From Eledone cirrhosa (Eukaryota), in contig OZ024745.1 of assembly GCA_964016885.1 (NCBI GenBank), positions 96,472,001 through 96,536,000 of the forward strand: a DNA stretch of 64,000 bases. The letters run 5' to 3'. Position numbers and translations under genes: made by a program. Each line of letters begins with the position of its first letter. Position 1 is the first letter of the stretch. The notes below the pieces were generated by a model. It made no database searches and was not told the DNA's origin. It saw only the letters and a program-made list of their open reading frames with translations. Below are positions 25,521 through 37,640 of the stretch, one piece after another.

Positions 25521-28500
25521 CTGACGTCACAAACGTCACATGTATTCACACACAGAAGGAAGTATGTGTAGCAAACACTAACACCACCACAACCAACAAC
25601 AACACAACAAAAGGAATCAGTGGCAACACAACGAATGAGACCATCATCACCACCAACAACAACAATAACAAAATTTCATTTGCAGCAACAGTTGCTAAGG
25701 AACAGGATTTTAAATACTACTCCATGGACATTTCCCAGAAGGCTCAATATTTGGAAGAACCTTCCAACTATGTGACGCTTGAGGGAGACACCCCACACAT
25801 ACACATACACCACAAGTAAGACAGATGACACAGAAAAAGAAGCTAATTTATAGAACAGTTGACATCACTACCAAAAAAACCCATAACGCTCCCAACAAGC
25901 ACTATTGAAGCTGTACTAAAAGACATCAAGCCAGACGTGACATACCTCCAAAGAGGTAAACAGTATGGAAATGTGTCAGTGCTCTTTAAGAGCGAAACTC
26001 TGGCACAAAAACACTCGGTTCACCCAATAAAAACGGATCAACATATCTTCTTCCCCGCATACATGGGAAGAAGATCATATAAAAAAAAAAATAACCAGGA
26101 TCCCAGCGGAGGTCAACATATGGTGGATCCTACGTTGCATCCTGAAGAAGGATGATGACACCCTCCTATCTGTAGACAGGACAGACCGGCATAACTGATT
26201 TGGAACCTGCATCGAGGTTCTGGTACAAATGAGGCCAGAGGGAGTTGAGAAAATACCGGACAGGATCGTTCTTGAGGAAGATGTCATCTCCATTTTAGTG
26301 GAGGGAAAAAGACCTCCAGTGCCATAAGTGTGGGAAAACCACACACTTAAAGGCCTTTTGCCCTCTCTTAAACAAACGGAGGACAAAGAAAGTATTATTA
26401 CCAACACCAAAACCCCAACATCAACACTCCAAATCAAACACAACACAAACACCTGCAACATCCACTCCCATTCCCACACCACCACAGACCAGAGACAACC
26501 ACACACACAAAATCCCACTGAAAAACCCTCATTGCCTCTTCCACCCCCCTGTCAAATACTTCCACAAACACTTGCACAAACGCTCCACCACATAACATAC
26601 TCCTCCCATCTACCCCTGATTCAGAAGTCTCAGATACGGGAACCTCTACATCTCCAAGTGAGAATGAAGAAGAACCCCAAAAATCCAAAAAAAACAAAAA
26701 AGACACAAAAAAGACACAAAAACATCTACAGAAAACACGCACACACCCAGCCCCACCATAAACACACCGCCACAAACGAAAAACACACCAACAACACAAT
26801 CACCACCAACACAACCAAACACCTCACCAACAAAACAAACACCCACACCACCACAATCACAAACCCCAACCACAAAAAGAAAACTATAAACAGAAACAGT
26901 ACACATAAAAAACAAAACACATTACACATACATAAAAACAAGAAACAAAGAACTGGTGGAAACTGTCCGAAAGGACCCCGCAATGCAAACGGAAGGTAAA
27001 ACCTACCCCACCAACGACCCACCCCAAACCTCAAACTTATCAGGGTAATAACCCTACAATATGAATCTTTAAAAGAGAACTTCCCACATGATGTAGGTCC
27101 CCCTTGCCAAAAGCCCCTTAACCGTGTCCTGCTAAAAGGATTCCCTCCCTCCCCAAACACCACTAATCTGGACATGGAGATCGAACAACCCGACCTCCAG
27201 GAAACGAAAAGGTAAGTGTTCCTGCCTTTTCTCTCCTTAACTCTTCTTCACCAACATGGCGACTATACAAGCTGGAAGTTTGAATGTATGTGGCCTGGGC
27301 ATGTCCTGGAAACAGGGCCAGCTTTTAAATGATCTCAGGACACATTGTATAGATGTGATAGCCATCACCGAGTCCAGAATTCGATGATTTTGAGATCTAC
27401 GCATCTCTCTGTCAGTCAGGAGGTGGAGGGGGAGTTGCTGTTCTGTTTCGAAAAAACTTGGATCTCAAAATACAGACGATTCACTTGGACCCGGAGGGCA
27501 GCCTGGTGGTCCTGGAGGTGAATGGTAGTGAAGGTGGAGCTTACAGACTGGTGGCCGTATATGCCCCGACTGGGACATCGCGACCAGAGTTCTTCAAGCG
27601 TCTGGAGCCATTCCTGGGAACGTCTCGCTCCTTAGTGTTAGCGGGGGACTGGAATGGCATCTTAGACGCACGTTGGGACTATGTAGGAGCTTGTGATAAT
27701 AGAGGGGGGGGGGAGTGTAATAGCCTAAAAAATCTCATCAGCCAATTCCAACTGGCTGATAGATATCGACTAGACTTCCCAAGTGCACCACTGTGGACGT
27801 GGAGCAACTGCACTGGGTCTTCTAGATCGTATTTAGATAGATTTTTGATTTGACAGAATGATAAAGAAACATTAAGCTGTCCACAAATACACATGGTTGC
27901 CTATTCAGACCACAAATTTGTCACCTGCGTAGTCAACCTTGATAGAACACATAGACAGGGACCCGGATACTGGAAGCTAAACATGTCACTCCCTACAGTA
28001 AACGGATTAGCACTTTAGTTAAGTGCCAGTCGACGGGGGCGATCGTCAACAACAGGTGGCGGAGCTCTCTCAAGAGAGCAATTAGAATACAATCGATAGC
28101 ATTTAGCAAGAAAGTAGCTTTAGAAAAAAAAAACTGAAAAGGAACTGGTAGCTAAAATAGAAGAGGCACTTAGGAATGGCAGTACAGCTGACGTGTTAGC
28201 AGCGAGAACGGCACTAGACCAGTTCTTCAACGTGAAACGCGAAAGTTGTATTGTCAGAAGTAGAACACGTGGTCTAAGAAACGTGGGAGCCAAAGCTGTT
28301 AGCTGGGCCCGAGTGGCAGAGGCGAAAAGTGGCAACAAATCCACAATTCGCTCTTTGCAAGACAAAGATGGACGCATTATACTTGAATCCAAGCAGATGT
28401 GCGCGGCCTTCCAGCAACATTTTGCACAACTGTTCGGGAAAAGCGGTACATCGAGCGAGGTGATGGAATTCAGCTCGGACTTCGACGGCGTACCACGACT

Positions 28501-30909
28501 CTCGAGCACGGATGCAGAGAGCTGCGAAAGGCCGATCACAGCGGGCGAAATAGAAGATGCCCTAGGCCGCTGCGGGGAACGCAAATCCCCCGGTTTAGAT
28601 GGTCTACCCTATGAGCTTTACATAGGCATGCCAGACTTGTTCTCTGGCGTCCTCGAAGCCGTCCCCTGAAACTGGCAGCAGAACGGGAGGATTCCCAGTT
28701 CTGTAGGCAGAGGCGTAGTAACGCTGATCAGGAAAGATGAGAACAAGGGGATGAGATAAGCAATTTCAGGCCCATAACTCTGCTCAACACAGAGTTAAAG
28801 ATTTTGGCCAAGGTGTTAGCAGCAAGGCTGGCGCTTGTGGTCGGGAACCTGGTAGGGGAAACCCGAAACGTGTGTAATCCCGACCAGGTCCATACACGAC
28901 AACCTCCACCTCATGCGATGCATCATAGAGAGGGTAGGGTATAAACCTGGCTTTGGTGGGGCTCCTATCAATATAGATCAGTCTAAGGCGTTTGATAGGG
29001 TCGACCACCAATACTTAGAAGCAGTTCTCAAGGCGGCCGCCTCGGTCCCGTCTTCAGAGGCTGCATCGCTGCCATGCACACCAGCATCTGCTCGGCAGTC
29101 AAGGTGAATGTCTACCTATCAGAGCCATTCCGAATCATGCGTTCCATCCGTCAGGGATGCCCTCTCTCCTCCTTTCTGTATGTACTGACTCTCGAGCCGT
29201 TACTCCGGAAATTGGAGCTGTTGCAGTGCATCCCGAACGAACCAGGACTGCGGAAAGCAGCGTCAGCCTATGCCGACGACATAACCGTAATGGTGTCGAA
29301 AACCTCGGAATTCAGGGTAATCGGCGGCAACCTATTACAGGAATACGAAACGCTGATAGGAGCAAGACTAAACCCAAACCAGTCTGTCGGTTTGCAACTC
29401 GGCACATGGAGAGGCTAAACCATGCCTTCCGACAGTGTCGTTGGACGCTGGACGGAAGGACCAGTGAAATTGTTCGGGGTCTGGTTTGGTCTAGACCTCC
29501 AGGTGGACAAGAACTGGAACGAAGTCATGGCGAAGGTGTTTGCACTCACCCAGAAGTGGGCTGAGTGCAAACTCTCCTTGAAAGGTTGAGCGGAGGTGGC
29601 GAACACTTACATAACGTCCGTCATCTACTACCGCTTGATAGTCGAGCCTTGCTCCTGCGAATACCTTACCAAAATGGAACGCCTACTCTTCAGGTTCCTC
29701 TGGAAAAAACAGGCTCCATTGGTGAGGAGATCCATCTGCTGTCAACACCCTTCTAACGGAGGGCTGGGCATGCCGTGGTTGATGATGCGCAAATATGCGC
29801 TAAGGCTTCGCCATCTCCAGGTATTCCTGACCGGTGAACCGGTGTGGCTGTAGTTTGTGAGACAAGCTCTTACACAACTCGTCTCACTAACACAGCTGCA
29901 GTCCTGGGTCAAGCGAAGACCGAAAATAGGTGCCTGGCACTTTGAGTGCCTACAGGCGCTCACAGCCCTCTACCAAGCAGAAACGGCAATCAGCGGAGAC
30001 ATCACTTCGGCATTCTATAGGGGATTAGTGGAGGATAAGTGCGATGACGTTCTCAGGGAAACTCTAGGCATCGAGGAGGACGAGCTGACCAGTCTGTTCG
30101 GGAGGACTTTCTGTCCAGGGCCTATGGATAACTTCCAGAGGTCTGGCAGTACTACCGAGGAGCTCTACCAGTTCGAGACAAAAACTACAAGCGCGGACGC
30201 CCTGGCAGAGATCCTGCCAAAAGGACCTGTCCAAGATGCGAGCAGGACATCTAAACCGTTCTGCACGCAATTGTTCAGTGCCCAGGGGTGAACGACCTGT
30301 GGAATTATGTCGAACATCTGCTGTCACGTGTGGGACGCATCCAGTTGTCAGCCGAGTCCATCGTGTGGATCACTCCGCCGCCTTCATTTAAGAATGAAGG
30401 AGAGGCGGTTTTTCTGTCTGGTGGCTATGGCGAAAGAGGTAATATGGTGGACGAGGTTAAAAGGACTGAAGGCAAACACCTTTCTCTCCGGACAACAACT
30501 TATCCCCTTCCTTAAGTATCATTTCAGAAGGAAGGTGAGAGTGGAGAGAGAGAGGTGCTACACCCCAGTAAATTCGCTGAAAGGTGGGTGAATGTGGCAA
30601 AAATGACCCGAGTGAATGGGCCTTTTCTGTATATAAACCTGTAGGTTGAGGAAGATAAACAGAGGGAAGACAGGAACACCTACAAAATGTGTTCCTGGTG
30701 TTGAGGGTTGTTCTATCCACGGGGTGTAAAATAACCCTGCAGTAACGTTCCCCGCCTACTGGGGATTTCAATTGTTATTTTATTATATATAGTTTATTGT
30801 TATTTATTAATATTAAAGTTATTTTTATGTAAAACCCCCGCCGTCACGTCTTGTAATGTCCCATCTTTGTACGACTCTGTGGCAAATAAAGAAAGATATC
30901 TATCTATCT
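25521..30909 (+). mobile_element. Tx1-like non-LTR retrotransposon, family B, copy B2 (5' end missing, decayed)
   Basis: Starts at CTGACGTCACAAACGTCACA, which is position 1571 of B1. The knuckle CHKCGKTTHLKAFC is readable near 26320-26362. ORF2 ATG at 27256. AATAAA at ~30885 followed by TATC units. Confidence 0.92.
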
Positions 30910-31469
30910 TCCTACCTGCCTCATCTTTCTGTTTGTTTTTCTACCTGTCTATCAGTTTGTCTAACTATCCATCTATAGCTATCTTATTTATGTATATTTA
31001 CCAATAAATCTCTCTTTGGAAAAGAACAACAAAACACAAATCCCAATAGCAGCACGCTCGCAGATAGATAAATAGCAATTTAGCTATCTAGCTAAATTGA
31101 TAGAACACAGGTAGAAAAATTTATCGTAATTCAGTGGATATATGTTTGATACGGATTAAAGAAAATATGAAAGAAAATTATTGGAATTGATTTAAATGAA
31201 TGTAAAATGAAATTCAGTGATAGTGAGAGTGACAAGAAGATCAATGAAAATCCAGGATTCAATTATCTTTACATAGATTATTGTAATCAAGGAAATGTTA
31301 AATCAAATATTGTTAACTATAAACATTGCCATTTTGCTGTATACTATGCTAGTGTGTATATATCGATACACAAGATCCCATACCCTAGAGACGGGATAAA
31401 ACTCATCAAATTGGACCAAGAAACAATGTTCCCATTGCTGATTGTATCTACCGGTCGCAACTCCTGACA

Positions 31470-31590
31470 GAAAGAGCAACGTGAAACAAAGTATTTTGCT
31501 CAAGGACATAACTCGTCGCCAGGTCCGGGAAAAGAACTCGTAACCTCACGATTGCGAATCCAATTCTCTAACCACTAAGTCACACGCCTT
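31470..31590 (-). mobile_element. tRNA-derived SINE head (degenerate)
   Basis: The minus strand reads GGCGTGTGACTTAGTGGTTAGAG (A-box-like), GAGTTCTTTTCC (B-box-like), then GTCCTTGAGCAAAATACTT (SINE-core-like). Confidence 0.65.
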
Positions 31591-31597
31591 CATACAT

Positions 31598-31790
31598 ATG
31601 TATGTGTGTGTGTGTGTTTGAGTGTATGTGTATTTGAGTGTGTGTGTTTGAGTGTGTGTGTTTGGGTGTGTGTATATTTGAGTGTGTGTGTGTGTATTTG
31701 ATTGTCTGTGTTTGAGTGTGTGTGTGTGTGTGTGTGTGAGTGTTTGTGTATGTGTGTGTGTTTGAGCGCGTGTGTGTGAGAGAGTGTGTA
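31598..31790 (+). repeat. Imperfect (TG)n microsatellite
   Basis: Direct reading. Confidence 0.9.
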
Positions 31791-34700
31791 GTAAATGTTT
31801 CATACACTTGCTTTTCTAACTAATATTGACTCATATATTTAATACTGCTCTCATAATATTAATTATACGAGCTTCTTAGTAATTTCATAAATTCTTATTA
31901 AAAGAAAAAATGAAGGAAAAAGCAGCATCGATAGATTGTGAAATTCTGAATATTTTTTTTTTTTCACTATAAAATCTAATATTTAAATTTAGTATTAGGT
32001 TCCTCATAGTCTTGGAATTCCGGTAAAATTCTAAAATTTGTATCCACGTAGATTTTATTAGAATTAATTACCACTTTCTGTAGAAACTAATTAATAACCA
32101 ATTGTAATCATTAAATCAGCAAGCTTTTAAAGCCATTTTTCTAACAGCGCGTTTAAGGTCAATGACAGCTGAACAACACGCCATTTATCGTTAGTAGTTG
32201 TGTGTTAGTGGCAATTATGAGCTGTCGAAGTCGAAAACGAGCTCTGTTCAATATACTGGATAAAAAAAGAGCTTTTTTAAAAAATTTGATATATTTGCAT
32301 AGGTTCCGTCGGATTCTACATTTTTTCATGCCGACACTTTTATAGCCTGACTTGAACTTAGATAAATTACTTTATAAACCTGTCATGATATCCAGCAATT
32401 CCAGAGATTTGAGGGTTTGACATGACAAGTGTTAATAGCTTTTAAAGTATGTTTTACTGCCAGGGTGTGGTATATAAATATATACATATACACGAGGTCC
32501 GAACACAATGGAACCAAACTCCCACTGCCACTGCCACCATCTCTCTCACTCCCCATCTCTCACTATTATGATCAAATGGGGACCCACGCGCTGGCCGCTC
32601 CGTGGTCTCGACAGACAGACTAGAGATTAGTGAGGGAGACGCGTTGGAAGTCATTACAGCTCGCTGTTTAGTTATTATTGTAACTATATCATGATGAAAT
32701 TGAAAATAAAATGGTTATGTAGATATTCTATCGTTGTCTCAGTTCAAATAGTTTTCTTTTTGTAATAATTGTTGAGAAAATATTACACAGGGTGGTGGTC
32801 GAAGTAATTGTGAAAACTGTTCGTTAATCTAATAAATCAGAATATCCAGAGTAGCTGTGAAAAGGATAATCACAAACTGAGCGTGTTTACCTCAAGTCAA
32901 CACACGCCAGAGAAATTACTTTACATCATGGATATTATCAAAGCATTAATGAGTACATTCCGAATTCAGGGATGATTAGCAAAAACAATGAATCCATAAG
33001 ATTACATCATACGATCCTCAAATATCTGTAATGGCTTTACATATTTGATTTAGTTCTCTTCAATTGTCTATTTTATTTTTCTTCATGTGTCTTCTAGGAA
33101 ATGTTGTAATGAATGGATCGCTAATTTAATTTATTTGTTACGAAATAGTTTTGTGACGAAACTTTAACGCTTTCCAGGCACAATTTTTATTTACTATTCT
33201 TTTCTAATTTTAGCTAATTTCCAATCCACTATTTCATTGACTTGCTGTTATCCAAGAGCATTTCAATAGACATCACTTAATATTAACATTTCGTAACAGG
33301 AATTCTTTGTGTGTCTTTTTTTGTAAGTTTGTAAATATATTTTTTATTTCATCTATTCATTCTTTCTTTCATTTAATTATTCTTCACTATATTTCATTGT
33401 TGTTGTTCTAGTTGTAGTTCTTTTATAACTAGCCTTAAGGAGAAATGAAGGAATTTCAGAACGTGAAAACAATTATCATCAGGCATCAAAACCAAAAATT
33501 ATCTGTAAAGAATGCTTTAATTAATAAAAGGATTGCTTTAAATGGAACTTTCTAATTAAATGTATTTGTACAAGTTTCAACAACTCGATTCAGTCCTGAA
33601 TTTCTCACATTATACGCTGCAATATATTTTATATGGAGAATCATGTCTGCTAACAGGAAAAAAAAAAATTAACGATTCTTTTCTAACGAACCTATTGTAT
33701 TTTTGTTTTGTAATAAATTAGGTAGCAATGCTTTCCCCAGTTTGGTGTAACACTAAGTAACGTTTACAAAGCAAAGAATAATTGATTTCTTGTAACTAAA
33801 TATATTTAGGTGACGTTCATGTGTACACAAGAGTATTTAGAAGAGTAATTAAAGTGAAAATGCGTGTTATATATATATATAACACGCACGCACTCACACA
33901 TGCATTTGTGCATGGCTACATGTATGTATATTATGTTCACACTTTGTGAATGACAATCTGCCTCGGGATTTAAGCGTCAGATTATGGTTCAGAATTTTCC
34001 TTAGTGCCTTCGATGAACAATATTAAAAGATGTGAAGTTGTTTTCCCAAGGACATAACAACAAGGAAATTGCAACGATCGGTTTCGAAACTAACCGATAC
34101 AATCAGTTTATATCTAATATCCATTTATTGAAATATTGTTTTTTTTTTTAGACAAGACAAGACGTGCAATAAAGGTACGTAAGGGAATGAAAATGTGCGA
34201 TGTTGATATTTTTCCTAATTGGTAAAAATGCAGTGAAACGTCTTCGCTATGACTAAACATCTACCAGGGGATTTATCTAGTATATTTACGATACTCGTCA
34301 CACATTTCTTAAAATATTGGCTTCCTTTTAATTAGACTCAAAGGCTAAAACCATCTTTTATTATCTTTCGTCTAAGCTTCATTTAATTTTAAGCATTATG
34401 TCATATACAGCTCCATTCAACATTTTAAAATTTTATATGTTTTGCATTTAATTTCATACCGGCATTTAACTATTAAAACAACGTATATTACTTTATGCAC
34501 TTTAAATCACTACCGTCCTCCCAAATGCAGACAGATACTATTTCTCACACACATCCTTACTCATCCATACTCTACATTTGGTTTTATCCTTTCCATTTTG
34601 TTCTCCATCAACCTTTTTATATCACCCGTCACCGTCTATTATTATCATCACTTCAAACTTCCATTCGATGTATATGTATTTATATATCTAATTCATAATT

Positions 34701-34901
34701 TTATATGCAAGCTGAAAAGCCAATTTCTGGTGTACATTCGAAGTAAATTTAGATAACAAATATTAGATTCTATAACTTGTATTAAGCTATTTTTTATGAA
34801 ATCTATTCATCTGTGATCGGCTTCTGGTAATATTTGTTGTTATATTCTAGAATGTGTTGTCGAAATGGCAAGAGCTCAGCCGTCGGGCCCTGACTCTCTA
34901 C

Positions 34902-34904
<3 letters not shown>

Positions 34905-34933
<29 letters not shown>

Positions 34934-35001
34934 TGTATGTATGTATGTATGTATGTATGTATGTATGTATGTATGTATGTATGTATGTATGTATGTATGT
35001 A
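34905..35001 (+). repeat. (TATG)n microsatellite
   Basis: Direct reading. Confidence 0.95.
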
Positions 35002-35647
35002 TTCTCTACCAGACATTTTGTTTTAGTCTCATTCATTCTCAGCCTCTCACTCATCGACACAGTCTCAACTTCCTGCATCAAATCCTCTGCCTCCTTCACT
35101 GTATTTGTCACCAAAACTATGTCGTCGGCAAATTCAGCATCCGATATCTTTTTCGCCTTAACTCTCCTGTTTGAGATCGGTGTGGAAGTCGGACCTTCGC
35201 GAAGACCTGAAAATCCACCTCTTCATTGCTGTAGTGGAGTCTGTGCTGCTGTACGGGTCTGAGACTTGGACACTGACCAAGAAACTCACTCAGATGGTGG
35301 ATGGGTGCTACACGAGAATGCTGAGGATGGCTCTGAACATTAATCAGTACACACTGAGGAGGAAAAACTCAGAGGTATATGAGAGCCTCCCAAAAGTCAG
35401 CTCAAAAGTGACACAGAGGAGACTGAGGTTAGCTGGACATGCTCGCCGACATCCAGAGTTGACACTGGATTCAGTGCTCCTGTGGGAGCCCCTTCATGGG
35501 CACACTTGGAGACGAAGACCAAGGTTAACGTATGTTGATGCCCTAAGGACAGGCACTGGTCTGTTGGAGACGCAGGACATGGCAGCGATAATGAGGGACA
35601 GAGACCACTGGAGAGAACTCGTCCATGGATTTCGGTAATTTTACCCG

Positions 35648-35650
<3 letters not shown>
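35002..35650 (+). mobile_element. RTE-like non-LTR retrotransposon 3' fragment with an inverted 5' segment
   Basis: 35171-35638 (+) encodes VESVLLYGSETWTLTK...LRLAGHARRH...RPRLTYVD, an RTE-type C-terminus. 35002-35170 (-) encodes FADDIVLV...LRMNETKTK, RT motifs 5-6. Ends in (TA)n. Confidence 0.8.
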
Positions 35651-35700
<50 letters not shown>

Positions 35701-35741
35701 TATATATATATAGTTATGTAATAAACAACATAAGGTAATTA

Positions 35742-35802
35742 TTTCATTTACCAGTGGTTTCATGAAAGCAAACAAATTTTGCTTTCAATCATCAGAATGA
35801 AA
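35742..35802 (-). ncRNA. Type I hammerhead ribozyme at the Penelope-like element 3' end
   Basis: Minus strand: TTTCATT-CTGATGA-T-TGAAAGC..GCTTTCA-T-GAAA-CCA-C-TGG-TA/AATGAAA. Stems I-III pair and the triplet is GUA. Confidence 0.8.
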
Positions 35803-35909
35803 AAATCGTGGTGTATTTATTGACATTGGAGTTTAAAAACAAAAATATAATCTATATGAAAGTGAGGCTGTAAAAGGAAGAAGGAAAGGAAAAATAAACA
35901 CACACGCAC

Positions 35910-35982
<73 letters not shown>

Positions 35983-36095
35983 CATACACACATACATACA
36001 GGTAGAAATGCACATACATATACATATACATACACACATATATATCCACATATCCATACATACACATACGCACAAATACATAAACACACACACAC

Positions 36096-36152
<57 letters not shown>

Positions 36153-36516
36153 TATATATACACACATAATCATACATATATACACACGTACATACGCACA
36201 CATACATACACACATATATACACGCATACATACGCACACACAAATATAGATAAATGTACACACACCTACATACGCACACACACACAAAATATAATGGACG
36301 ACCATATAGGCCGTAACAAGAATAAAAATAAATGTAAAAATTATTATAAAGTTGACAGCGATACAGGAAACAAACAAATGAACAAACACACGTAGTAAGC
36401 AATACACACAATTACACATACACATACATACATATAAATAAATACATACACACACACACATATACACATATACACATACATATACATACACATATACATA
36501 CACATACATATATATT

Positions 36517-36574
<58 letters not shown>

Positions 36575-37236
36575 TATATACATACATATACACACACATA
36601 TACATATAAATACATACACACACATGTATGTGTGTAAAACTCATTCTTAGATGTATTCATTGAACTTTGTTTAACTCTTAAATACATACATATATATACA
36701 CACATATAAGTATATATAAAAATATATATATATACATATATATATATAAGAAAACACATAAATATTATATGTATATATATAAAAATAAAAAGGTGAAAGG
36801 GGTAAACAAATAGTTGGGAATATAGCAAATAATAAATAAATAAATAAATAGATAAGGATATAAATGTTTATAGCTGATTTAGAGCACTCAACAAGTTCAT
36901 GGGGCAAATAATCAATGAAAATAAGCATTAAATCACTCTGTATGTAATTATGCATATACATACACATACATACATATACACACACACACACGCGCGCGCA
37001 CTCACACAATCATACAAATACACACATATATACATACATATACATACATATACATATATATATATATATACATATAGGAAAAAGTATGACCTCCGACGGC
37101 AGAGCTCAAGCCGTTTCTGAGGCTATTATATATATACACACAAACATATATATATAAATAGACATATACGCACACACACGCATATCTACACAAGGTTACG
37201 TCACCACCTTAATAAAAATACACACACACATATAAG

Positions 37237-37282
<46 letters not shown>

Positions 37283-37373
37283 ATTACAACAGATACATAT
37301 AAAAAATACAATTATATACACACATACATATACATACAGATATATATAATTATATATACATATACATATACAT

Positions 37374-37404
<31 letters not shown>

Positions 37405-37640
37405 CATATATACACATATACACAACACACACACACACAGAAATAAATATCTAAAAATAAAAAGGTAGGTATGTAAAGGGTAAGGTAGAAAGTAGGGGGG
37501 AAATAAGGAAAATAAATAACAGGAACAAGTTTAAATATAAGGGGAGATAAGGGAGAAAAAGAATATAAGAGTACAGAAAGTGAGTTCAGAAAATAATAGA
37601 GATCGTAGTGGATGTAAGGCGCAGAGAGCAGAGAAGAAGT

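Noticed and set aside
2403-30771. Antisense and alternative-frame ORFs over the LINE ORFs (e.g. 8571-8951, 11301-11654, 18187-18783)
   Set aside because: They are by-products of A/C-skewed or GC-rich coding strands, show no domain motifs, and recur only because the elements are repeated.
32490-32670. Small GC/CpG-richer patch as a host promoter or exon
   Set aside because: No convincing ORF or splice pair, so it cannot be supported from sequence alone.
36600-37640. Canonical SECIS in the Penelope-like 3' UTR
   Set aside because: The RUGA-containing hairpins seen lack the required helix length or apical adenines. A SECISearch run is needed.
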